Source: Mustelus asterias | Lineage: Eukaryota | Direction: 5' to 3' | Length of the DNA stretch: 64,000 bases | Assembly (NCBI RefSeq): GCF_964213995.1 | Contig: NW_027590164.1 | Location: forward strand, 496,001 to 560,000 | Shown: positions 49,526 through 60,034 of the stretch, one piece after another | Position numbering within the stretch: the first letter of the stretch is position 1 | Layout of the letters: every line of letters begins with the position of its first letter | Position numbers and translations under genes: made by a program | Notes under the pieces: generated by a model | What the model was told of the DNA's origin: nothing | The model's input: the letters and a program-made list of their open reading frames with translations, nothing else | Databases searched by the model: none

Positions 49526-51233
49526 ACAGTACAACCGCATTTGAAACAGACACAGAACCAAGAGTCCAGATATATACACTCCGTGAAACATAGAGACACA
49601 GAAATATCCAGTATAGCTACAACTCTGGACAAGAGGAAACATCCACTCCACATCCACCCTGTTATTGGACTTCCGGTTTGAAAGGTTTCAATCAAGTTGC
49701 TTCTTTCTCTTCTAAACTTCAGTGGATGCAAACGCAGCATCACCATCCTTTCCTCGTAAAATAACCCGCTCATCCTGGTAATAGTTTAGCAAACCTTCTA
49801 CAAACATTTTCTAAAGCATTACCATCTTTCTTTAGATAAGGAGACAAGTATTGTACACAATGTTCCAAATATGGTCTCACAAATGCCCTGTACAACGGAA
49901 ACATACCCGACCTATTTTCGCAATATATTCCCTCATAATAAGTGATAACATTCTCTGATATTTTCTAATTAATTGCTGTACTTGTACATTAGCCCCTTGT
50001 GATTCCTGGACTAGGACAGCCAAATTCATTTATACCTCAAAATTTCGTGATCGCTCGCCATTTAAATATTAACCTTATTTCATATTCATCATGCCAAAAT
50101 TGACATTTTCACATTTTCCCACATTATACTCAATTTGCTGGAGATTTGCCAATTCACTTGATCTACTTATGTTCTTTTATATTCTCCCTCCGCCCTCTTC
50201 ACAACTTATTTTCCTATCTATCTTTGTGTCGTCAGCAAAGTTAGCATCCATATCTGCTCTGTAACATATCACTGTTGAATCCAACAATCAATCAAGTTCT
50301 CTTGGCTGTCTGCTCTGTAACATTTCATGGTGGGGTCGAAACTGCTCCTCCTGCAGTGAAAACACAAAAACGGTGAGGGAGCACCCTCTTGTGGTGATGT
50401 GAAGTAAATAGCCTCTGCCTGGGAGATCACTGAATCCTCAGATTACAGAAGGATCTTATTGCAGGATATTGCTGCTGCATTTTTCATGTTCATATAATAG
50501 TTATTATAATATACATAAATTCACATGGAACTATGCACGGAACTAATAACAACTTCAATTTGAATCCTTGTCATTTATTTTATTTTTAATAGCCCAGGTT
50601 TTTCTGTTAAACTATGCTCGTGTTACATAATTTGAAACCACAGCAATACTGATACAATTCGAACTCTTAATGAAGTTATCTCCACATCGAAAGGATGTAA
50701 ATTTGACTCGCATATATCTGATATATTGTTGGATTTCATTGCAACTGCTTCGATTTGAAACTTTCTCAATAGTTGTGGTTGTTATGTTTTGTCTAACATA
50801 TCAGCTGTCCGTTAATGGGATTTTGGGGAACTTATTGAAATGGGTGATTGGGAGAAATTGAATGTTCCACATTCTGCTATTTCCTGGAACACGGTTGAGG
50901 GAGAAAGCGGTCCTGAGACACAGAGACGGAGAGGCCAAAAGGTAGAGTGTGGCAGACAGACACTGAGCCGAACAGAGAGCCAGAGATACAGAAAAGGACA
51001 GACAGGAGACAGAGCAACAATCAGATGAAGTAATTGGGCTGCAGCTAACATTGATGGGTGGCCAATTCTTGAGAAAACTGAGGAACCAGCCAATCCTGTA
51101 ATTAGGCAACGCCTCTTAGTTTCCCAATAAATAAAGCCTGCCCATGATGTGAAATTACTTCTTCATGTCAGAGTGGAAGAGTTGAAATATTTTTAAAATT
51201 CTGCTATTTTTGTAGAATTCTGTAGCAGGAAGC

Positions 51234-51671
51234 ATGTTCTTCCAAATTTCTTTACTAATACTGTTGGTTTTGCTGCCCGGTGTTTAAATAGTCACTGTCT
51301 GTTCTCAGCGTTCACTATCAGATATTTAATTGATTCTGTAATTTGTTGCAGGAACCAATGGCAAATATGGTTTCCTCTGAATTAACGGTTCATGAAGGAC
51401 AGGCCATAAAACGGGACTGCAGTTATTCGGGTGCTGATGTTCGAACTCTGTTCTGGTACCTCCAGTGTTCTGGGAAAACTCCGAAATATTTATTGACGAT
51501 ATATGGCACAGAAGCCACGTCTGAAGATTCTCCAGATAGATTTTCTGTTGCTTCCACAAAGAAAACAAAGCAGTTCCTTTAAGTTTCATTGGGGCGCTCT
51601 CTCTGTCAGCGCTGTGTATTTCTGTGCCATGGAGCCACATTGGTGCATAGAGCGAACCACGGACAAAAACC
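51234..51671 (+). pseudogene. TCR alpha-type V pseudogene (leader 51234-51279, V exon 51352-51635, RSS with a 20-nt spacer)
   Basis: Leader MFFQISLLILLVLLP-G|gt; TVHEGQ..DCSY..LFWYLQ..PKYLL..SAVYFCAMEP spread over frameshifts. CACATTG 51636-51642 + 20 nt + ACAAAAACC 51663-51671. Confidence 0.83.
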
Positions 51672-51696
51672 CAAGACTTAGAGTTCCAGGTAGTGG

Positions 51697-51711
51697 TCAG
51701 CAGAGGGCGCT
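51697..51711 (+). promoter_or_regulatory. CTCF-like motif
   Basis: TCAGCAGAGGGCGCT, a close match to the CTCF core consensus. Confidence 0.6.
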
Positions 51712-52001
51712 CACACACTGATAAACATAAGTAATTACTCAGCCTGTGAGAGTCACAGCGTCATTTCTGAAATAACACAACACAACATTCAGCAAGAACA
51801 AGTGAACATCAGCTGAGGAATTGTATTAGGTAGGTTTTGACTTGCATTTGCATTGAACAATAATTTCACAAATCACTTTATTATGGGTTCACTCACCTCT
51901 TCTATTTTCGTGACCTTTTCGTGTCTGAATTAATGAGCAACACTTTCACAATCTGCACTCTCTGCGTCCCATTGACCACAGCCGGTGCATAGTGTCTATT
52001 T

Positions 52002-54791
52002 CAGGGGTCTCCAAACTTTTCAGTACGAGGGCCACATCGTATATTTTACACATTTTCGGGGGCCAGAGAAAAGAATTAGTTTTATAAATGAATGAATAAA
52101 ATTTAAATGAATGAATAAGTTTTATTTGGATCATCTTTGTAATCAGCATGATATGATTCAGGACAAAAGAGAAATGTGACAATTACAAAGAAACAATGCC
52201 GTGTTTACATTGAGAAATGATATATAATGAGTAAAGATGTCAAACATTAGCAAATGCTCTGACAAAATAATCAATTACTTAACGGCAGATGAGAAAAGCA
52301 CGCTATTCATTTTAAAATTAATTTTATTTACTGAAATTTTACAAATGTTTACTTGAATGAGAATTTGCCCAATTATGTGTCACACAATAACAAATATAAA
52401 CACGCACGGAGAAAGAACTTCAGTAAAACAAAGCAAAGAAATTCAAAATAAACTTGAACCATTAATAAAGGTCGAACAAAAATAAGTTCAGTCTGCACCT
52501 TTCTACACAATTCTGGCAATTGGAGTTTTCAATCGTAACCAACAAATCATGAAGTTTTGCACAAGATTAATGGGAATGATGGAACTGCTTTTTTAATTTC
52601 ATAATATTGCTGAACTGAGGTTTCAAGCTTGAGGAGCCAATTATTAGAATGGACTTCAAATGCTCATCAGATAAATTTGCTCGATACTTGGACTTGACAT
52701 ACTTCATTTTTGAAAATGTTTGTTCACACAGGTAAACAAAACCTGATACAAATCCACAAGCAAATCGCTTCAAATTTGGAAACTGCTCAGACTGCAAAGA
52801 TTTATAAAATTGATCAGATTTCCTTCTTTATACTTGTCTTTCAGCATGTCATCTGATTGGAGATCAATAATTTCCATTTGAAACTGACTTGGGAGTGTTT
52901 CAACATTGCAGCCAAATGGATTTTGAAACAACTGTATTTCATCTGTGTTTCCATCAAGATCAGAAAATCGTTCCTGAAATTTTTTTTGCAAGTCCTTAAT
53001 GATTTCTGTTGCAAATGAAGAGGGAAATTCTGCTTCACTTTCTTCATGAAAATTTTCACAACATAGAAAATGAACCAAGTTATGAACTTTCAGCTGTCCT
53101 TGAAATAGCATCAGTTTTGCCCTGAATGCCTTGACATGCGCGAATAGATCACAAATCAAATTTGTTTCACCTTGCAACTTCAGATTCAATTGATTCATAT
53201 GGCCTGTCACGTCCGCAAAAAATGCCAATTTCCAAAGCCAGTCAGTGTTTGATAAAAGTGGTTCGGTCGATTCTTCTCTGTGAGAAAGGAATCAATTTCC
53301 TCTCTGAGCTGAAAGAACAGTGATATAACTTTTCCACAACTAAGCCATCGAACTGCTGTATAATAAGGCAAGTCACCGAACTCAGAATCAGTTTCTTTCA
53401 GAAAATCACGAAACTGGCGATGAATAAGCCCATGAGATTGAATGAAATTCACTGTTGAAACAGCAGGTTTCAGAACGCAAGACATATCCACTTATTTTCC
53501 ACACAATGCTTGTTGATGGATAATGCAATGCAGAAACATGGGCTTCGAGAATCCACCAACCTCACAAGCTTTTGTGATTTGTCCAACCAAACCTTTCTTC
53601 ACCCCAGGCCTGTTCTTTCCTCCATCAGTTGTCACCCATTGCAGTTTATTCCACTCCAGGTTATATTCTAACACAGTTTTTTGCAATGCTTTCAAGATGT
53701 CTTCTCCAGTTACTGTGCTGTGCAAGCTATGCACTGATGCTAATTCTTGTGCCACGTTAAGTGCACTGTCGACGCCACGGATGAATACTAGGAGTTGTGA
53801 TGTGCCAGACACCTCATTCGATTCATCAAGTGCGAGAGAATACAACTGAAAATTTCTTGCTTCGTCTGCAATTTGATGAAATATGTTGCTTCCTATATCC
53901 TCAATTCTACGAGCAACAGTATTTCGCGCAAGACTGATGATTTTGAACAGATTTGCTTTTTCTGGGCATAACTCTTCCATTTCTTCCATTATACACTCTT
54001 TGATGAGATCTCCATTGGTGAATGGCTTTCCTCTTTTAGCCAAGACATAAGCTAGTTTGTAAATGGCCCTGGTTAAAGCTTCATTTTCAGTTATCTTCTG
54101 CGTAATAAAAGCTTGTTGGGAAAGCAACCTGCGTTGCATTGATTCATTTTTTTTCCGAACGCTGTGTTCCTGTAAATTGGGAATAACTTGGTTCATGTTT
54201 GGTCTCATAGTGCCGACGTACATTGTACTCCTTCAAAACAGCAACAGTTTCGTTGCATACGACACACAAGGCTTTATCACCTGCTTGTACAAAGAAGTAT
54301 TTTACACCCCATTCTTCATTAAACAGGTGGCACTCACTGTCCACTTTTCTTTTCTTTTTTCCTTCCATAACTGAATTGCTCTGAATTACCGCCATCATTG
54401 TCATTGTTCTCGCTCATTTCAGACAGATGGAGCTTACGGATTGGATAAAGCAGCTGTCACTCAGTCAATGCAGAGCGGCAATTGGATAGCAGATGTCTCA
54501 ATTGCTGAATCGTTTAATGAACTGTCAGTCACAGGACGGCAGCTCTGATTGGACAATAGGCCGGCAAAGAGGGCAGGATTTTCCATGGGTCCATCAGACA
54601 CCGCGCGGAGCGGCAGCAAATGTCCGGCCTGTGGCTTCCGTTCCCGCGTCCGGATCCTGAGTCAGCGGCGGTGTTCCGGACGCGGGAATGTTTTCGGCAG
54701 CGGGAATCCCGTCCCGCCCCACTGGCTACGGGCCAGATGTAGCCCGCTGGGGGCCGGATTTGGTCCGCGGGCCTTTGTTTGGAGACCCCTG
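52002..54791 (-). mobile_element. hAT-superfamily (Charlie/GTF2IRD2-like) DNA transposon, 2790 bp, with a frameshifted transposase (~54368-52567)
   Basis: Perfect 15-bp TIRs CAGGGGTCTCCAAAC (52002-52016; 54777-54791). BED-like CVVC..RRHYETKH; YSLALDES; TTDGGKN; HCIIHQQALC; VRWLS; C-terminal CEQTFSKMK dimerisation motif. Confidence 0.93.
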
Positions 54792-56099
54792 TTTTAAACG
54801 AAATCAAATATCTTTGAAGGGAAGAGATTTAAGAATGATCAGTTAGTTCTGCTTGATCCCTCTTTATTCTGTGTGTGAAACATTCTGGTGCCTAAATCTC
54901 GTCCATCTCCTGGACGTCCAGCAGGTCGGCACTGATTCTCGATTTCCACATCTGCCTGAATGGATTTTCCTATTTCTTTATCATGAGGAGCAACTGTTAT
55001 AAAGGATGCTTCTGGGAAATGTGCGCTATTCCCTCTGGTTCAGTTACAGTGACACTTGTGTCTGTCTTTTTGCGCACACAATACTATTAGACATGTTTCA
55101 GATGGTGATTAACTATGTTAGTCTGCACCTTTCAATCCATCGAATTCTGTTGTACACTGAGCGAAATACTAATTTGTGCACGATTCTTTCCTGTCAAAAT
55201 ATTTTGCAATTCTTAATTTACAGAAAGCATTTGAGGTCGAGGTCAGAGCAAGGATAATATGGCTGTAACACTGAGATTCCGATAATGTTCTGCAACCAAC
55301 TGAAATATGAATTTCCCTCACGCTGTATGAAAAAGTTTAACGAATGCTTCAGCAGGTTTACGAACCAGGTATTTTTACCGTGTTATGCGAACGTGATAAC
55401 CACGACACGACAGAAACAAGTAACAACCTGGCTGCCCCCATGTTGCCTGAATACAATGTTCAACTCCAATGAGTTGCTGCAAGTTCCAAAGGTTAGATTC
55501 AGAGCCCATGTCACTTAATCCAAGGAGACATCCTTTTTTTTCAACCTGATTTCTCAATTTATGTTGAACTTCAAACGTAAAAAGCGTTCGTCCCGCTAAG
55601 GGAGCAATGAATGTTCCTCATTCATCAAAGCGTCATTGTCATCTTCCTTCGAATAATCGCAACCAATTGTACTCAGTATTTGTTTCCTTATTCAATATTT
55701 AACATCGATACATTATTTAACATGTCCTCATTATGAATTGAATATCTCTGAAATTGAATATCACTGAATTGCAAACATAACTGACCAAGAAAAGGAGTCG
55801 AATCACCGGGTAATACAGATCCCATGGCGTTTGTTTGAGATTGACCATCGTCAGCTTTTAAACAAAGTCAACTATAATTAAATGGAAGAGATTGAAGAAT
55901 TATTTGTTAGGTATACTTGAGCCTTTTTTATTATAAATGTGAAACATTCAGGCGCATAAATTCCGGCCATCTAAAGGAAAGTCCAGTTGATCCGCACTGA
56001 GTCTCTGTTTCCTCGTCTGTTTGAGTGTTCTTTCCGATTTCTATGTTCCGAAACACGATTTTTTAAAAAAGATTATTCTGGAAAATGTGCGCCATTTCA

Positions 56100-57720
56100 A
56101 AGAACAAAGAACAAAGAAAATTACAGAACAGGAACCGGCCCTTCTGCCCTCCAAGCTGTACCGACAATGCTGCCCGACTGAACTAAAACCCCCTACCCTT
56201 CGGGGACCAAATCCCTCTATTCCCTTCCTATTCATGTATTTGTCAAGACGCTCCTTAAAAGTCGCTACCGTATCGGCTTCCACTACTTCCCCGGCAACGA
56301 GTTCCAGGCACCCACTACTCCCTGTGTAAAAGATCTGCCTCGTACATCTCCTTTAAACCTTGCCCCTCGCACCTTAAACCTGTGTCCCCTAGTAATTGAC
56401 TCTTCCACCCTGGGAAAAAGCTTCTGACTATCCACTCTGTCCATGCCTCTGGCTTTGTCAAAGGCAGATCATGCCTAACGAGCCTGATTGAATTAGTTGA
56501 GGATGTGACTGAACACATTGATGAAGGAAGAGCAGTAGATGTAGTATATATGGACTTCAGCAAGGCATTTGATATGGGGCCCCATGCAAGGTTTATTGAG
56601 AAAGTGAGGGGGCATGGGATCCAAGGGGACATTGCTTTGTGGATCCAGAACTGGCTTGCCCACAGAAGGCAAAGAGTGGTTATAGATGGGTCATATTCTG
56701 CATGGAGGTCGGTCACCAGTGGAGTGCCCCAGGGATCTGTTCTGGGACCCTTACTCTTTGTGATTTTTATAAATGACCTGGATGAGGAAGTGGCGGCAAG
56801 GGTTGGTAAGTTTGCTGATGACACAAAGGTTGGAGGTGTTGTGGATAGTGTGGAGGGATGGCAGAAGTTGAAACGAGGCATTGATAGGATGCAAGACTGG
56901 GCGGACAAGTGGCAGATGGACTTCAACCCAGATAAGTGTGAGGTGGTTCATTTTCGCAGGTCAAATAGGATGGCGGAATATAATATTAGTGGGAGGACTC
57001 TTGGCAGAGTGGTAGATCAGAAGGATCTTGGGGTCTGAGTTCATAGGACGCTCAAAGCAGCTGTGCAGGTTGAGGCTGTGGTTAAGAAGGTGTATGGTGT
57101 ACTGGCCTTCATCAATCGACAAATTGAGTTTAGGAGTCGTGAGATAATGTTGCAGCTATATAAGACCCTGGTCAGACCACACTTGGAGTTCTGTACTCAG
57201 TTCTGGTCGCCTCATTACAGGAAAGATGTGGAAGCCATAGAAAGGGTGCAGAGGAGATTTACAAGGATGTTGCCTGGGATGGGGAGCATGCCTTATGAGG
57301 ATAGGTTGAGTGAGCTCGGCCTTTTCTCCTTGAAGAGTCGAAGGATGAGGGGTGACCTGATCGAGGTGTATAAGATGCTGAGAGGTATTGATCGAGTGGA
57401 TAGTCAGAGGCTTTTTCCCAGGGCTGAAATGGTTGCTACAGGAGGACACTGGTTTAAGGTGCTGGGGAGTAGGTACAGAGGACATGTCAGGGGTAAGTTT
57501 TTCACTCAGAGGGTGGTGGGTGCGTGGAATGGGCTGCCAGCAACGATGGTGGAGGCGGATTCGATATGGTCTTTTAAGAGGCTTTTACATAAGTACATGG
57601 AACTTAGTAAGATAGAGGGTTATAGGTAAGCCTAGTCGTCGCTAAGGGAGGGACATGTTCGGCACAATTTTGTGGGCAGAAGGGCCTGTATTGTGCTGTA
57701 GTTTCTCTATGTTTCTATGT
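56100..57720. mobile_element. CR1 3' end (-, ~56100-56449) abutting a 5'-truncated CR1/HER1 copy (+, ~56450-57720)
   Basis: ORFs 56505-57038 and 57063-57629 (RT interrupted by a stop); CR1 tails at both outer ends. Confidence 0.88.
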
Positions 57721-57856
57721 TAGCAACGCAAACAAATAGGTGTCAGAAACCTGCAGAATAATTCTGGATTTATAACGAGGGACGTTAGAATTAATGTCAC
57801 TGTCTGGGCATATATCTATATGGTTATATATCCTTATTCGTGTTGGTCTTTCCACG

Positions 57857-58087
57857 TGACCGTGTGTGTATCTGTTCTCCGCATGTCTGCTGGGTTTCCT
57901 CGAGTGCTGTGGTTTCCTCCAACAGTCCAAAGATGTGCGGATTAGGTGGATTGGCCATGCTAAATTGATCCCTAGTGTCAGGGAGATTATGTGTGCGGTT
58001 ACGGGACTAGGGCCTCGGTGGAATTGTGGTCGGTACAGACTCGCTGGGCCGAATGGCCTCCTTCTGTACTGTAGGGGTTCTATGATT
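57857..58087 (+). mobile_element. HE1-type SINE, 5'-truncated and diverged
   Basis: Core GGGTTTCCTC..GGTTTCCTCC..AGTCCAAAGATGTGCGG and tail TTCTATGATT. Confidence 0.75.
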
Positions 58088-58140
58088 AGATGATCTCTAT
58101 ATGTGTCAGTATTTGCAGGTTGCCGTGTGTGTACCTGTTT

Positions 58141-58155
58141 CCACGGGAGGGCGCT
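58141..58155 (+). promoter_or_regulatory. CTCF-like motif upstream of the V leader
   Basis: CCACGGGAGGGCGCT, ending 188 bp upstream of ATG 58343. Confidence 0.55.
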
Positions 58156-58342
58156 CTCTGATCACTTATGAAAGATCACGATCCCCTTCAAAAGGAAGCG
58201 TCTGTTTGGATATGTAAAAAGGGGCGGAGAGTTGGAGTCACCTTCGATCTCATAACATCCCCCTGACTGTTTCAACTTCTCCAATTGCAGATCTGATGCA
58301 GACAGTGATCAGTCTCTCTGTTCTGGTGTTCAAACTCGAACC

Positions 58343-58856
58343 ATGGGGGTGAAACTCTGTCTCACTCTGGTTATTGTCCTGATTACAGGTCTGTCATTTT
58401 GAACTTCTACGTGAAATCCGCCAGTCCCCATATTCATTCCCCATTTCCATCTCGAGGCGATTATTCCGTTGTTGTTACTCCTTCTAACCCGCTGTTGTCT
58501 ATTTTCAGAGATGAGTAACGGAGACTCGGTGTCCCAGTCAGAACCAGGAGTTGAAGCAGCAGAGGGTGAAGATTCAGCAATATCCTGCAATTACTCTCTA
58601 TCGAGTTCAGCTACAGGCTATGGCCTGTTCTGGTATCGCCAGTATCCACACCGCGCTCCTCAGTATCTGCTCAGAGCCGATGTTATGGGTCTAACGAGAC
58701 GGCTCACGGCTTTGAGCATTTCAGCGGGAATCTCAACCTGAAACAAAGCACTTTTTAGTTGTCCATGAAAGGTTTGAAGATGACTGACAGCGCCGTGTAT
58801 TACTGTGCACTGAAACCCACAGTGAATAAGGCTCCCACGGACCTCATACAAAAACC
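58343..58856 (+). pseudogene. TCR alpha-type V pseudogene (leader 58343-58388, V exon 58509-58817, consensus 23-RSS 58818-58856)
   Basis: Leader MGVKLCLTLVIVLIT-G|gt. V exon almost identical to 48845-49153, including the frameshift and TAG. CACAGTG-23-ACAAAAACC. Confidence 0.88.
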
Positions 58857-59939
58857 GGTGCAAGTTCATCATCAATGGTTCCGTACAAAAAAAGAGTCGC
58901 ATCTAATCGACATGTACAGAGAATTAAGGCCACTACACAGGCCCGTCTGAACTGTATTCCCTCGCTGAGGTTAACGATCGTCACTGTTGAGACATGTGAC
59001 ATTTGGCGCTGAGATTACTCCCGGTCAGTTCACAAGTTGCTCAATTCTTGTGTTGTACACCATTACCATACACTATATTCTGACGGGCTGTTCGCTCAGT
59101 ACAAGGGACTGGGGTTGGGTGATCGGATTGATCCCAACCTCGAATAGTGATTTGGATCTCGGTGGTCTCAATACTGAAAACTGTTTGTTGAGAGTCGGCA
59201 CATTTTCCACAGGGAATGAGATTGGATGAGTTAGGCTGAGATTCAAACTCCCCTGGTACCAGTAAATGATTTTAAAAATAACCAGACTTACAAACAGACA
59301 GTGGGCAATTTCCCGTTCCAGTTACAGGGACTGAAGGGGAGGAACTGATCTCGTTAGAAAGTACAGAATGTTTACGGTAGAAGTTTGATTTAACCACCAC
59401 AAATACCTTCCCGTTCCAACCACTGAACTGTGAAAAATATGTTCTTGTTCTGCTGTCTGATTTCTCTTTAAGTTTATTGTTCAGGATGACGGGAAGATTC
59501 TGGGGGAAACAGAGTGAAGTCGCATTGTTTAGTTTAATATTTATTTGTGCTGCAACAGGGCATTGTCGAGGAGATTCTGTTTCGCAGAAACCTGCAGTCA
59601 CCGTCACTGAAGGAGATGATGTTCAGTGGTTCTGTAATTATACAGCTACAAGCAACAAACCCTTTCCTATTCTGGTACCGTCTGTATCCCAACGGGCCCA
59701 TGGAGTATCTGCTGCAAACAGTTAAATTCACCGGGAGCACAGGGAGGTCCCCAGGGGACCGTTTTTCAGCGGAGCTCAATGATACAACACGCACCGTCCC
59801 GTTGAAAGTGTCTGAAACAGAGCTGCCAGACTCCGTGGTTTATCACTGCGCACTGAGTCCCACAGAGACACAGAGCTGGGCTGAACCTGTACAAAAACTG
59901 TCAGAGCCTCGCTCAACATAACAGAGAATTAGGCAAACA
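58529..59939 (+). repeat. Inverted duplication, arm 2 (mirror of 47723-49133)
   Basis: Reverse complement of arm 1 with a few substitutions. Confidence 0.96.
59439..59899 (+). pseudogene. TCR alpha-type V pseudogene (V exon 59559-59860, 23-RSS 59861-59899)
   Basis: Copy of 47763-48223; frameshift before FWYRLYP; CACAGAG-23-ACAAAAACT. Confidence 0.85.
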
Positions 59940-60034
59940 ATTCTGTTTGTGACTCTCACAGGCTGCCTGGCCTGATGAATATCTCCAAGATTTATTTTCT
60001 TTATCCCAGATACAGTCTCTACAGAGTTTTGAAA

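Noticed and set aside
52567-54404. Possible domesticated GTF2IRD2/EPM2AIP1-like gene or RAG-like transposon near the RSSs
   Set aside because: Frameshifted, bounded by hAT TIRs, and lacking Transib/RAG motifs or RSS-like TIRs.
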